Shown in pieces: positions 8,832-19,235 of a DNA stretch of 64,000 nt. Position 1 is the stretch's first letter, and the number at the start of each line of letters is the position of its first letter. The notes below the pieces were generated by a model. It ran no database searches and was not told the DNA's origin. It worked only from the letters and a program-made list of their open reading frames with translations. This DNA comes from a bacterium (GTDB taxonomy: Bacteria; Patescibacteriota; Minisyncoccia; Phycocordibacterales; UBA5272), in contig JAHFNB010000002.1 in assembly GCA_023267595.1 (NCBI GenBank), positions 23,947 to 87,946 of the forward strand, given 5' to 3'. The position numbers were made by a program, and so were the translations under genes.

Positions 8832-9452
8832 TTAATGGGCAAGAGTTAAGGCTACCACATTTCTTGCACCATGTTTAAGAAGTATGTGTCTTGCTTCATC
8901 TAATGTTGCACCTGTTGTGGTTACATCATCAATAAGAATAATATTTAAGTTTTGTACAGATGCTATGACAGAAAATGATTTTTTTTGATTTTGTATACGT
9001 AGAGAGCGTGAACTGGTCTTCACTTGTCTTTTTCTGTATGAAGAACGTTTAAGTAGAGTATTATGTATTTCTAGTGAATAGAGAGTACTGATTGTTTGTG
9101 CGATAACTTCTGCTTGATTATATCCTCGTATGTATTTTCGTATACCTAGCATAGGTACTGGTACAAGTATCCATTTATTTTCTCTTATGAATTGATAATT
9201 ATTCAATTCATAGAGTAATGGTTGTACTAAGTCGCGTCTATGATAGTATTTTATTGCGTGAATAATACGTTTAACTCGTATATCTTTAAAACTATACAAA
9301 CTATGTATATATCTGTGCGGTGTATCAATAGATTTTCTCAGTGATTGTATACAAGGGGTACATAGCACATCTCCTTCTTTATGACATACATAACACGAAG
9401 GAGGAAAAAGCAAAGTAAGTAATTTGTAGAAGTGGGATACTATCGTCCACAT
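8832..9452 (-). CDS. comF: ComF family competence protein (zinc ribbon + phosphoribosyltransferase domain)
   Basis: LLFPPSCYVC..LCTPC, RGYNQAE, ILIDDVTTTGATL. Confidence 0.9.
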   Translation of the reverse strand: MWTIVSHFYKLLTLLFPPSCYVCHKEGDVLCTPCIQSLRKSIDTPHRYIHSLYSFKDIRVKRIIHAIKYYHRRDLVQPLLYELNNYQFIRENKWILVPVPMLGIRKYIRGYNQAEVIAQTISTLYSLEIHNTLLKRSSYRKRQVKTSSRSLRIQNQKKSFSVIASVQNLNIILIDDVTTTGATLDEARHILLKHGARNVVALTLAH

Positions 9453-9499
9453 ATCTGTAGTGTATACCCAAAATTAAGAGCCTTTACGGTGTATACTTT

Positions 9500-10573
9500 A
9501 TGTATATGTTTCCTTTCTTTAAAAAAGAAGAGATAGGACAGGCTATTGGGCTTGATATCGGATCTTCATCAATCAAGGTGGTACAACTTCGTCGTGAAAA
9601 AGAAAAAATAATTCTTGATACATATGGAGAAATTGCACTTGGTCCATATGGTGGAATGCAAGTTGGTCAGGCCGTACATCTTGGGGAAGAAAAAACAATA
9701 GAAGCAATTAACGACGTTCTTAAAGAAGCAAAAATAACTGCACGAAATGCTGTTGTTGCAATAGATCCATCAAGCGCATATGTATCTTTGGTTAAAGTTC
9801 CAAAAGTTGATGATAATGAATTAAAAACAATGATGCCACTAGAAGCACGTAAGTATATCCCTGTTCCGCTTTCAGAGGTGCAAATGGATTGGTGGCATAT
9901 CCCAACAACTATTAATATTGGTAAAGAAGAACGTATGGTAAACGTGGTACTCGCAGCAGTAAGTAATGACACTATGACGGCATATGATCGTATTATTCAA
10001 AAAGTTGGTTTCAAAAATGTTGAATATGAAATACATGGGTATAGTATTATTCGCAGTTGTTCACCGCAGACACAAGGAATGATTCTCTATGTTGATATTG
10101 GAGCACAATATACGACGCTTTCACTTGTGTACCAAAATACTGTGCTTGATATGCATGTTATCTCACGAGGTTCACAAGATAGTACAATACAACTTTCGAA
10201 AGCACTTTCAATTGCAATTGAAACTGCAGAAGATACAAAGCGAACATTTGGATATCTTGGTGACTCATCTAATTTATATATTAAAGATGTGATGCAATTA
10301 TCTAGTTATCCACTGTTTGGTGAGGTAGCACGTCTATCACTAATGTTCGAAAGAAAGTATAATCAGAATATAGAAGGAATAATTTTAAGTGGCGGTGGTG
10401 CGCGTGTTCCTGGTGTACTTGATGCGTATAATCAAACAGTACATATAGCAGGAAGAATTGCAACACCGTTTGAACAAATTGACGTCCCACCATTTCTTCA
10501 TGAAATGATAGAACGTATTGGTCCAACCTATGCGGTAGCCGTTGGTTGTGCTCTTAAAAAATTAGTTCCATAA
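9500..10573 (+). CDS. pilM: Type IV pilus assembly protein PilM (start may be 9506)
   Basis: IGLDIGSSSIKVVQL, EARKYIPVP, VDIGA, ILSGGGA, YAVAVGCALK. Confidence 0.9.
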   Translation: MYMFPFFKKEEIGQAIGLDIGSSSIKVVQLRREKEKIILDTYGEIALGPYGGMQVGQAVHLGEEKTIEAINDVLKEAKITARNAVVAIDPSSAYVSLVKVPKVDDNELKTMMPLEARKYIPVPLSEVQMDWWHIPTTINIGKEERMVNVVLAAVSNDTMTAYDRIIQKVGFKNVEYEIHGYSIIRSCSPQTQGMILYVDIGAQYTTLSLVYQNTVLDMHVISRGSQDSTIQLSKALSIAIETAEDTKRTFGYLGDSSNLYIKDVMQLSSYPLFGEVARLSLMFERKYNQNIEGIILSGGGARVPGVLDAYNQTVHIAGRIATPFEQIDVPPFLHEMIERIGPTYAVAVGCALKKLVP

Positions 10574-10582
10574 ACCCAATTC

Positions 10583-11347
10583 ATGCCGTTTTCATTTAAA
10601 CCAACAGAAGCAATACAAGCAGAGACGCAAGCCTCTACGCCTCTAAGTGTTGATGGCATCTCTGCTCCTGCTTCATCTTCTGTAACACCATTTTCTACTC
10701 GTTTTTCTTTGGAAGGAAGGGGGATTCTTCAAATAGGTTTGTTTGCTATTTTTGGTTTTGCTATGTTGGTTACTATTATTCTTTTCGGATATAATTATTA
10801 TTTGACTTCACAAATAGAGAATAAAAAAGTACAACTCGCAGCATATGATAAAGAGTTTAGTACATTATCACTTGGTGATATGCAAGCATTATCAAGTCGT
10901 ATAAAAGTTATTGGGAATCTTGTACGAGAACATCCATCAGTTCGTGTTGCATTTCGTATTCTTGAAGAATCTGTAGAGAACCCTGTTATCTATAAAAGTT
11001 TCGATTTACATTTTTCTGACACACTTCGATCGTATGAGTTAGTATTGGCAGCATCTGCACCAGATTATCATTCTGTTGTTGACCAAATGGATACGTTCAA
11101 ACGAAAACCATTTGTGGGCTATATTCGTAGTATTACTCTTAGTGGTTTACGTCCAGACACATCAGGAAAAGTTAATTTTAACTTGAAGATGCCTATTGCG
11201 ATAACAGGCATGCTTCCAGAAGGTCTTACATTTCAAGATGTACCAGAGAATATACCAAATAGTACTGTGAGTACTTCTTCTCAGGCAACGAGCACTTCAT
11301 CACAAGCAACAAGTACAAATAAAATTGTTGTTCCATCAAAACCATAA
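10583..11347 (+). CDS. PilN-like bitopic pilus assembly protein
   Basis: Single TM plus coiled coil; position after pilM. Confidence 0.6.
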   Translation: MPFSFKPTEAIQAETQASTPLSVDGISAPASSSVTPFSTRFSLEGRGILQIGLFAIFGFAMLVTIILFGYNYYLTSQIENKKVQLAAYDKEFSTLSLGDMQALSSRIKVIGNLVREHPSVRVAFRILEESVENPVIYKSFDLHFSDTLRSYELVLAASAPDYHSVVDQMDTFKRKPFVGYIRSITLSGLRPDTSGKVNFNLKMPIAITGMLPEGLTFQDVPENIPNSTVSTSSQATSTSSQATSTNKIVVPSKP

Positions 11348-11351
11348 ATCT

Positions 11352-11906
11352 ATGTCAAAAAATCTTCTTAACATACTTCTTGCGGTTGCATCCTTTGCAC
11401 TCTATTATATAATTATTAATCCTCTCTATACAGGAAGAGGTTCTGTATGGCAACCACAGTATGGTCTTACAACATTGCGTAGTACAAATACTCAGTATGA
11501 TGATACATTACAACAAGCAGAGAGTCTTCTTCAGGATGCAAAGCAGTTAAGTGCAAAGTATAAGTCAATTTCACAAGAGACGAAAGATACCATGAAGGTT
11601 ATGGTGCCTAATCAGGCAGATATGGACCCTGTAAGACTTGTTAGTGAAGTTGATTCTATTGCTGCTCGAACTGGGTTATCAATTAGTGATTTGAATTATT
11701 CTGAAGGGCAAGTCATTGGTAATCGTGGTGTATATACTATTTCTTTTACTGTAAAAACGACGTATACAAAGTTTAAAGAACTTATGCGTAATTTTGAAAC
11801 TTCTTTACGTCTTTTTACAATACAAAGTGTTCAGTTCTCTGTTCCTGAGACTGATGGAAATCTTATTGTATTTCAAGTTAAAATGGATACATACTATATA
11901 AAATAA
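11352..11906 (+). CDS. PilO-like pilus assembly protein
   Basis: N-terminal TM, coiled coil, TTYTKFKELMRNFETSLRLFTIQSV PilO-type C-terminus. Confidence 0.7.
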   Translation: MSKNLLNILLAVASFALYYIIINPLYTGRGSVWQPQYGLTTLRSTNTQYDDTLQQAESLLQDAKQLSAKYKSISQETKDTMKVMVPNQADMDPVRLVSEVDSIAARTGLSISDLNYSEGQVIGNRGVYTISFTVKTTYTKFKELMRNFETSLRLFTIQSVQFSVPETDGNLIVFQVKMDTYYIK

Positions 11907-11909
11907 TTT

Positions 11910-12248
11910 ATGCAATTACCCTCATCATTTCTTCAAAAGAAAACACTCATTATGGAAATAGGTATTCTTGTTGTATTTTTGATTGGTATGTATTATCTCT
12001 ATACAATGTTTAGTGAACCAGATACAACTACAACATCATCACAAGCAAGCGAACAACTACTTGGTCAGAACCTAACTCTTTTCTTAAAAGCAGTACGTAA
12101 TGATAAATTATCATTTGATACATCATCATTTATGAATCAACCACTGATTGAGCAATTGCAAGATTTCTCTGAAACAATTATCCCTGCGTCATCACGTGGA
12201 CGTGACGATCCATTTGCACCTTATGCTTTTACTCGACCTCTTCGTTAG
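11910..12248 (+). CDS. PilP-position small membrane protein
   Basis: TM and C-terminal GRDDPFAP motif; synteny. Confidence 0.55.
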   Translation: MQLPSSFLQKKTLIMEIGILVVFLIGMYYLYTMFSEPDTTTTSSQASEQLLGQNLTLFLKAVRNDKLSFDTSSFMNQPLIEQLQDFSETIIPASSRGRDDPFAPYAFTRPLR

Positions 12249-13971
12249 TCAAAATAAGTTAACAGAATTAGAAGCAAAAGACATTGAGTCTGATCTTTCT
12301 CTTCGTGATGATTTACTTGTCGATACTGCACTTGCTGCGAAAAAAATTACTCCTGAAGAAATTACTGAGGTGCGCAGTGTTCTCTACGGTCTTCCTATTT
12401 ATAAAGATGAGATTCCTGAAGGAAAAGAACTCACAAAATATATTAGTGTCGTACAATCAAAGCAATTACTTGCGGTGCCACTAGAATTAAAAGAAGGAGT
12501 ATTATCTGTTGGTGTTGTTGACCCAGAACATGCAAATGTGCTTGATAGTTTACAGTTTTTATTTGGTACTGATCATCAGGCATACAAAGTATATTTGATA
12601 ACGTACGATGCCTACAGAAAACATTTTGGACTAGCAACAGAAGTTCCTGATGAAAAAGCATCACTTACTACCAAAGTTGATGATACTGTCCTTTCTTATA
12701 TTTCAAAAGATGAAACAGGAGAAAAAGATGCACAAGGATTAAATGAAGAAATGGATTTATCTAATGTAACAGGACTTCTTGATGAAGGATTAGCAAAGTT
12801 ACCTATTCCAGATATTTTTAGTACGATACTTCGTTATGCAATTGATAATGGAGCCAGTGATATACATATTGAACATATTGGTACTGCAGTACGTGCGCGT
12901 GTCAGAATGGATGGACAATTAGAAACAATTACGACACTTCCGATGAAGATGCATCCAATGCTTGTCGCACGTATCAAGATTTTATGTTCTATAAAATTAG
13001 ATGAAAAGAGAAAGCCTCAAGATGGACGATTTAGTACCAAATTTGGTGATCATACTATCGACTACCGTGTATCAACGTTTCCTGGGTATTATGGAGAAAA
13101 GGTGGTGCTCCGTATTTTGGATAGTTATAAGGGAGTACGACCAATTGATACGCTTGGATTTGGTGAGCAACAAATGAAAGAAATTCGTGATGCACTCGCA
13201 AGGCCATATGGAATGATCCTTATTTGTGGGCCTACAGGAAGTGGAAAGACCACGACGTTGTATTCAATGTTAAATGAAATAGACCGTGAACACAGAAATG
13301 TAGTGTCTCTTGAAGATCCAATAGAATACAATGTACCGTCAATGAATCAATCACAAGTATTCCCAGAGATTGGCTATACGTTTGCTTCAGGACTGCGTTC
13401 AATACTACGTCAAGATCCTGATGTTATTATGGTTGGAGAAATTCGTGATGCAGAAACTGCGCAACTTGCAATTCAAGCCGCACTCACAGGACACTTAGTA
13501 TTTTCAACAATTCACACGAATACGGCAATAGGAGTTGTTACACGTTTACTTGATATGGGTATAGAGCCGTACCTTATTGCACCTACAATTATTGCAACGA
13601 TTGGACAACGTCTTGCACGACAAATTGCAGAAGGATGTGCAGAAACTGTACAAATGACTACAGGTCTTACTGAAATAGTGCAAGAATCATTTAAAGATTT
13701 ACCCGATGAATTCAAAAAGAATCTTCCATTGGATAAACCACTTCATGAAGCAAAAGGAAATGCACAATTTGCAAATGGCATGAAAGGACGAGTTCCAGTA
13801 TTTGAAGTTCTTACGTTTACACAACCAATTGAAGAAGCAGTACTTCATAGTAAAGGTGAAGAAGAGATTTGGAAATTAGCACGTGCAAATGGCATGATTA
13901 CCATGAAAGAAGATGCAATTATTAAATGCATTAATGGCCTTATTCCGTTTGTCGAAATTAATGAACTTTAA
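12223..13971 (+). CDS. pilB: Type IV pilus extension ATPase, PilB/GspE family (likely start MLLLDLF)
   Basis: ASDIHIE, PQDGRF, GPTGSGKTTTLY, LEDPIEY, LRQDPDVIMVGEIRD, GHLVFSTIH. Confidence 0.9.
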   Translation: MLLLDLFVSQNKLTELEAKDIESDLSLRDDLLVDTALAAKKITPEEITEVRSVLYGLPIYKDEIPEGKELTKYISVVQSKQLLAVPLELKEGVLSVGVVDPEHANVLDSLQFLFGTDHQAYKVYLITYDAYRKHFGLATEVPDEKASLTTKVDDTVLSYISKDETGEKDAQGLNEEMDLSNVTGLLDEGLAKLPIPDIFSTILRYAIDNGASDIHIEHIGTAVRARVRMDGQLETITTLPMKMHPMLVARIKILCSIKLDEKRKPQDGRFSTKFGDHTIDYRVSTFPGYYGEKVVLRILDSYKGVRPIDTLGFGEQQMKEIRDALARPYGMILICGPTGSGKTTTLYSMLNEIDREHRNVVSLEDPIEYNVPSMNQSQVFPEIGYTFASGLRSILRQDPDVIMVGEIRDAETAQLAIQAALTGHLVFSTIHTNTAIGVVTRLLDMGIEPYLIAPTIIATIGQRLARQIAEGCAETVQMTTGLTEIVQESFKDLPDEFKKNLPLDKPLHEAKGNAQFANGMKGRVPVFEVLTFTQPIEEAVLHSKGEEEIWKLARANGMITMKEDAIIKCINGLIPFVEINEL

Positions 13972-14012
13972 AACAAAGAAATTGAATGATTACTAGTGAC
14001 TTAGAAAAAATA

Positions 14013-14041
14013 TTGACTTTTATATAAATATGTGCTATTAT
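14013..14041 (+). promoter_or_regulatory. sigma70 promoter of the orphan cassette
   Basis: TTGACT-17 bp-TATTAT; AGGAAGGA SD-like sequence downstream. Confidence 0.65.
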
Positions 14042-14091
14042 TTATATAAATAAAAGTTCTTTTATAACTCCTTACAGGAAGGATAATAGAC

Positions 14092-14574
14092 ATGGAAAAC
14101 AATGGAACTATTGGAGTCCTTAAGGTCAGAAGAAGAAGACTCATCATCCCTGCGTGTGACGGTACTCGCGTTTTTTCAGAAATGAGAAAAGAGTATGGTG
14201 AAATCTATTTTGTAGACCAGCAAACCGTACAAAAAAACCATGTAACAAAAAAAGTCATAGTGGATGTTTACAAGTCGGTGTGTGATGCAACGTTTGTGCA
14301 GATGCTCGCCCCTTTTGGAAATGATCTCGATAGATTTTGCTTGACTCAACATCAGATTGACTTTTTTTTCAGGCGTCACTACTATACCTGCTCCTTTTTC
14401 AAAGCACCGTACGGAATCTTTTTCCTTCTCAAGGAAAAAGATCAGTATGTCCTCGCAAATATACGCTTACACACATTTCATTATTTGTCTGGGCTGATAT
14501 TTCCCCTTGATCACCCTTTCATTTGGCTTGCTGAGCATAACCCTCTTTTAGTTTTACCACAACAAGTGGTTTGA
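14092..14574 (+). CDS. Orphan hypothetical protein between pilB and pilT
   Basis: 160-aa ORF with its own promoter, SD-like site and terminator. Confidence 0.65.
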   Translation: MENNGTIGVLKVRRRRLIIPACDGTRVFSEMRKEYGEIYFVDQQTVQKNHVTKKVIVDVYKSVCDATFVQMLAPFGNDLDRFCLTQHQIDFFFRRHYYTCSFFKAPYGIFFLLKEKDQYVLANIRLHTFHYLSGLIFPLDHPFIWLAEHNPLLVLPQQVV

Positions 14575-14603
14575 TTTTATGGTCAAATGATTTCTAGATA
14601 TTT

Positions 14604-14638
14604 AGTACCTCTGACCAATTTGGTCCGAGGTACTTTTT
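14604..14638 (+). terminator. Intrinsic terminator
   Basis: AGTACCTC-TGACCAA-T-TTGGTCC-GAGGTACT plus T tract. Confidence 0.7.
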
Positions 14639-14798
14639 CATGACGGCAGAAATGAAAAGTAGAATAGTTAAATTATAGAAAAATCTAACTTATAAAATCT
14701 GTGTCATATTTTTCTATTAACTGAAGTTATTGTCTGTAAACTATCTTAATTGTGGGTTGTTCAATTGTTTTCCATAACTTGCTTGTTATACTGATATC

Positions 14799-15857
14799 AT
14801 GAACTACGAGACAGAACTTGATGACCTCATCATGACACTTGTGAAAGAGGCAGGATCAGATCTTCATTTAACATCAGGATCATTCCCAACACTTCGTGTT
14901 AGTCGTGATCTCATTCCTCTTACGCGTAAAAAAGAATTGACAGGAGAAGATACGCTCGGATTTTTACGTGTTATGGTTGGGGAAAAGACACTTACAAATT
15001 TTGTAGTAAGTCAGGAGTTAGATTTTTCATATGAACATAAAAAAGAATACCGTCTTCGAGGAAATGCATCATTTCAACGAGGATTTATTTCTGTAGCCCT
15101 TCGTCTCATTCCAAAAGTTCATGCAATAGCAGAACTTAATCTTCCAGAGCAAATCGTAGCAATTGCACGTGAAAGACAAGGTTTTTTCCTTGTTGTTGGT
15201 CCTGTTGGACAAGGAAAATCTACAACACTTGCATCAATGATTGGGCTTATTAACAGTGAAGCAAAGCGTCACATTGTTACCATTGAAGATCCAATTGAAT
15301 TTCGTTTTGATCAAGATAAATCACTCATTGAACAACGTGAAGTCGGTGTTGATACCAAAGATTTTAATACTGCACTTAATCATGTTTTTCGTCAGGACGC
15401 AGATGTGATTATGATTGGAGAAATGCGTGATAAAGAAACCATTTCTGCCGCAGTCACTGCTGCAGAAACAGGTCACCTTGTTTTCTCTACAATTCATGCA
15501 AACTCTGCCGCACAAACAGTAGATCGTATTATAGATAGTTTCCCTGCAGATCAACAAGATCAGATTCGTCTTCAACTCGCATCATCTCTTATTGGTATTT
15601 TGTCCCAACGTCTTGTTCCTCGTGTGTCTGGTGGACTTATTCCTGCATTTGAACTTCTCTTAAATACTCCTGCAGTATCAAATCTTATACGTGAACGTCG
15701 TACGCATGAAATTGATGTGATTATTGAGACTGGTTCACAAGATGGTATGATAGATCTTGATAGAAATCTTGCAGAATTGGTACGTAAAGGAGAAGTTACT
15801 AAAGATGATGCACGTTCATTTGCACGCCGCCAAAATATATTTGATCGTCTTATCTAA
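14799..15857 (+). CDS. pilT: Type IV pilus retraction ATPase
   Basis: GSDLHL, GPVGQGKST, TIEDPIE, AAETGHLVFSTIH, AVSNLIRE (AIRNLIRE-like). Confidence 0.93.
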   Translation: MNYETELDDLIMTLVKEAGSDLHLTSGSFPTLRVSRDLIPLTRKKELTGEDTLGFLRVMVGEKTLTNFVVSQELDFSYEHKKEYRLRGNASFQRGFISVALRLIPKVHAIAELNLPEQIVAIARERQGFFLVVGPVGQGKSTTLASMIGLINSEAKRHIVTIEDPIEFRFDQDKSLIEQREVGVDTKDFNTALNHVFRQDADVIMIGEMRDKETISAAVTAAETGHLVFSTIHANSAAQTVDRIIDSFPADQQDQIRLQLASSLIGILSQRLVPRVSGGLIPAFELLLNTPAVSNLIRERRTHEIDVIIETGSQDGMIDLDRNLAELVRKGEVTKDDARSFARRQNIFDRLI

Positions 15858-15866
15858 TTTACGTTT

Positions 15867-17084
15867 ATGCTTTTTCACTATACCGCGATACAAGGAGATG
15901 GAACGAAAATAGAAGCAGACGTTGATAGTTATTCTTTGGATACGGCGATAGATTTACTACAAAAAAGAGGACTCAGTATTGTTGATATCAAAGAAAAAAC
16001 TGAAACGACACAATTACAACTTTTTACAGGATTTTCTTTATTTAAACCAAAGGTAAAATCAAAAGACGTCGTTATCTTTTCTCGTCAGGTAGCAACACTA
16101 TTTGAAGCAGGAGTTTCTGCACTTAAAGCATTTCGACTTCTTGCATCAGAAAACGAAAGTAAAGCATTACAAATAGAATTGACACATGTAGCAGATGATA
16201 TAGAAGCCGGAGTTTCTCTCTCAGATGCACTCGGTAGACGTCCAGAACTTTTCTCTACTTTTTATGTAAATATGGTAAAAGCAGGAGAAGAAAGTGGAAA
16301 ATTAAATGAAACCTTTTTATTTTTGGCAGATTACTTGGATCGTGATTATGAATTACATCAAAAAGTAAAAAAAGCCCTCACGTATCCAACATTCGTTGTG
16401 GGAACATTTATTGCCATTATGATTGGAATGTTCACCTTTGTGATTCCAAAAATGGCTGCTCTTTTTGCCGATAATGATGCAACACTTCCTCTTGTTACAA
16501 GAATAGTGCTGGGTATTTCTGATATCTTTGTAAAATATGGACCAATCACTTTTCCTTTACTTGTGGTAGCAGGTTGGTTTTTCTATAGATGGTCAAAAAC
16601 AGAGATGGGGACTCGTAAAATTGATGAGTTAAAGACAAAGACACCAGTTCTTAGAACTCTCTATCAAAGAATATTTCTAACGCGCTTAGCAGATAACATG
16701 AATACTATGCTTACAAGTGGAGTACCTATTGTAAAATCTATTGATATTACTGCTGCCGTTGTTGACAATGTTGTTTTTAAAGATCTCCTTAATCGTGTAT
16801 CACAAAAAGTGCAAGGTGGTACTGCTTTTTCAAAGGCACTATACGAAGAGCCGTTAGTCCCAAATATTCTCATTCAAATGGTACATATTGGTGAAGAGAC
16901 AGGAGAAATAGGGTATATTTTAAAGACACTTGCTACATTTTATAAGCGAGAACTAGATACAAGTATTGATAATGTTATTGGTCTTATTGAGCCTGCGATG
17001 ATTGTAGGCTTGGGTATTGCGGTTGGTATCCTTGTGTCGTCTGTACTTTTGCCTATGTATACACTTTCTTCTGCTATAAGTTAA
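15867..17084 (+). CDS. pilC: Type IV pilus platform protein PilC/GspF
   Basis: FSRQVATLFEAGV, AGEESGKL, KALTYP, IGEETGE, LIEPAMIV. Confidence 0.92.
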   Translation: MLFHYTAIQGDGTKIEADVDSYSLDTAIDLLQKRGLSIVDIKEKTETTQLQLFTGFSLFKPKVKSKDVVIFSRQVATLFEAGVSALKAFRLLASENESKALQIELTHVADDIEAGVSLSDALGRRPELFSTFYVNMVKAGEESGKLNETFLFLADYLDRDYELHQKVKKALTYPTFVVGTFIAIMIGMFTFVIPKMAALFADNDATLPLVTRIVLGISDIFVKYGPITFPLLVVAGWFFYRWSKTEMGTRKIDELKTKTPVLRTLYQRIFLTRLADNMNTMLTSGVPIVKSIDITAAVVDNVVFKDLLNRVSQKVQGGTAFSKALYEEPLVPNILIQMVHIGEETGEIGYILKTLATFYKRELDTSIDNVIGLIEPAMIVGLGIAVGILVSSVLLPMYTLSSAIS

Positions 17085-17161
17085 TCTTATCCCCATATTC
17101 CCTTGTAGACCATCCCTCTTAGGATTATACTTACTTACATCTACTAAAAGATAGAAAAATT

Positions 17162-17773
17162 ATGTCACACACATTTATGAAAAAAGGTTTACGTGGGTTT
17201 ACGCTTATTGAACTTTTGGTGGTTATTGCAATCATAGGATTACTATCAACTGTAATTGCGGCACCTATTCAAAATGCACGAAAGAAAGCAAAAGATGCAA
17301 AGAAAATGGCAGAATTGAAAGCCGTACAGTCAGGACTTGATCAATATGCAGAAGCAAATGGTCAATATCCTGCAACATTAGGGGCACTTGTTCCTCAATA
17401 TATGCCTCGCTTACCTACTTTTGCATCTAGTAGTGCTGCAATTCGTGATCGATTCGCATATGTAGTCTATACAGGTACACCAACAAATGGTTCAGCAACA
17501 CGGTTCGGGTATCACTTAGGCGTTCATCTTGATGTGTTTGCAGAACCACTTAACAATGATGATGACTGTACAGGTTCTACAGTAGGGACATCTATTACTC
17601 CTCCTGCTTGTGTATGGTATAACTCTGGTGCTGCAATAACTGCTAGTTATCCAGATTGGGTAAGTGGAATGACAGGGACAGCAACTAATGCGGACTTTGA
17701 TGGAAGTGAAGCAGGGGATACAACATGTACCAACTCTACACAATGTGTATTTGATATAGCAGGCCAATACTAA
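17162..17773 (+). CDS. Type IV pilin (probable major pilin)
   Basis: Class III signal RG/FTLIELLVVIAIIGLL; C-terminal cysteines. Confidence 0.88.
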   Translation: MSHTFMKKGLRGFTLIELLVVIAIIGLLSTVIAAPIQNARKKAKDAKKMAELKAVQSGLDQYAEANGQYPATLGALVPQYMPRLPTFASSSAAIRDRFAYVVYTGTPTNGSATRFGYHLGVHLDVFAEPLNNDDDCTGSTVGTSITPPACVWYNSGAAITASYPDWVSGMTGTATNADFDGSEAGDTTCTNSTQCVFDIAGQY

Positions 17774-17785
17774 GGTTTTCTACTT

Positions 17786-18559
17786 GTGTTTTACGTTCTA
17801 TCTTTTCTCTTTGGTGCATCAATTGGAAGTTTTGTTCTTGTGATTGCGACACGACTTAACGTTGCACCTATACTGAAATCACGAAGTAAGTGCCTCTCAT
17901 GCGGAGAGGCACTTCGTGTATATGATCTGATTCCATTTTTCTCGTATATCTTTTTACGAGGTAAATGTCGTTATTGTTCATCACCATTTGGATTCACATC
18001 ATTAAGTATTGAAATAGTGTACGGTGTACTATACGTAGCCTTGTACCATTTTTTCCTCTTAGGAGAACATAGTCAGATAGGTATAGTGTTTTGGCTTCTT
18101 TATTATTCATTACTTTTTATCGTTATGGGAGTGATTGCACTGTATGATCTGAAACATACATATTTACCAGTGCCTTATTTATTAGGATATTGTGTGTTGA
18201 CCTTAGGTATGCTTTCTATACGGTACATGCAAAATGGAACAGGATTTACATTACTTGCTCCAGTTGTTGTTGCTCTTCCTTTTATGCTTCTTTGGCTTGT
18301 ATCACGGGGTAAATGGCTTGGATTCGGTGACGTTATCCTTTTCTTAGGAGTTGGCGCATTCTTCGGTATTGAACAAGGCTTTGCAGTGCTTTTACTTTCT
18401 GTATGGATGGGAGCACTTGTCGGTGTTGTTGAATATTTCGTTTATCAGAAAAATCTTAAAAGTAGAGCACTTCCGTTTGTACCATTTATTATTATTTCGT
18501 TTATTATTGTTTTGTTCACAGACATAGACATCTTTTCCATCGCGTCATTGTTTGCTTAG
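17786..18559 (+). CDS. pilD: Prepilin peptidase
   Basis: RSKCLSC...GKCRYC zinc motif, ALYDLK and GFGDV catalytic Asp motifs, multiple TMs. Confidence 0.9.
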   Translation: MFYVLSFLFGASIGSFVLVIATRLNVAPILKSRSKCLSCGEALRVYDLIPFFSYIFLRGKCRYCSSPFGFTSLSIEIVYGVLYVALYHFFLLGEHSQIGIVFWLLYYSLLFIVMGVIALYDLKHTYLPVPYLLGYCVLTLGMLSIRYMQNGTGFTLLAPVVVALPFMLLWLVSRGKWLGFGDVILFLGVGAFFGIEQGFAVLLLSVWMGALVGVVEYFVYQKNLKSRALPFVPFIIISFIIVLFTDIDIFSIASLFA

Positions 18560-18574
18560 TGGTACTATTATCAT

Positions 18575-19231
18575 ATGGATTTCTCTCTTAAGTACCCGAA
18601 AGTGCGAGGATTTACGTTTATAGAATTACTTGTATCTCTTGCAATTATGGGGCTTATGATGACAATACTTTTATATCGCTATCCTGATACTGTAGTTCGT
18701 TTATCTCTTGCAAATGTTAGCCATACAACATCTCTTTTAATTCGAGAAGCACAGGTGCGTGGAAGTGCTATTGATTCAGTTAATAGTTCATTAGGAGGAT
18801 ATGGAGTGCGTGCATCACTTGCAACGCCAAGTAAACTAACATTGTTTGGTGATCTCATTGATATTAATGTTCCAAAACCATATGGTGTATATATAGGAGA
18901 TGGTTTATACGAAACATCTCCAATTGATGAAACAAAAAGTGAAACTAGGTTTCCAACAGGATATTCTTTTTCAAAATTATGTGTGATACCAACAGGTCAA
19001 ACAACATTTGTGTGTAATAGTAATTATTCTCCAAGTATTCAAACACTTACTGTATCATTCGTTCGTCCAAACCCTCAACCTTATATTTATATTAATGATT
19101 CAAAGGTAACTAATTTTACTGCAGGGTGTATAGAACTTATTTCGTATAAGGCTCCGTTAGTTGGACATGTACGTTCGGTACAAGTTTTTAACTCAGGGAT
19201 GATACGAACATATACAAGTGGATGTAATTAA
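18575..19231 (+). CDS. Minor pilin (FimU/GspH-like position)
   Basis: RG/FTFIELLVSLAIMG. Confidence 0.8.
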   Translation: MDFSLKYPKVRGFTFIELLVSLAIMGLMMTILLYRYPDTVVRLSLANVSHTTSLLIREAQVRGSAIDSVNSSLGGYGVRASLATPSKLTLFGDLIDINVPKPYGVYIGDGLYETSPIDETKSETRFPTGYSFSKLCVIPTGQTTFVCNSNYSPSIQTLTVSFVRPNPQPYIYINDSKVTNFTAGCIELISYKAPLVGHVRSVQVFNSGMIRTYTSGCN

Positions 19232-19235
19232 TTCT

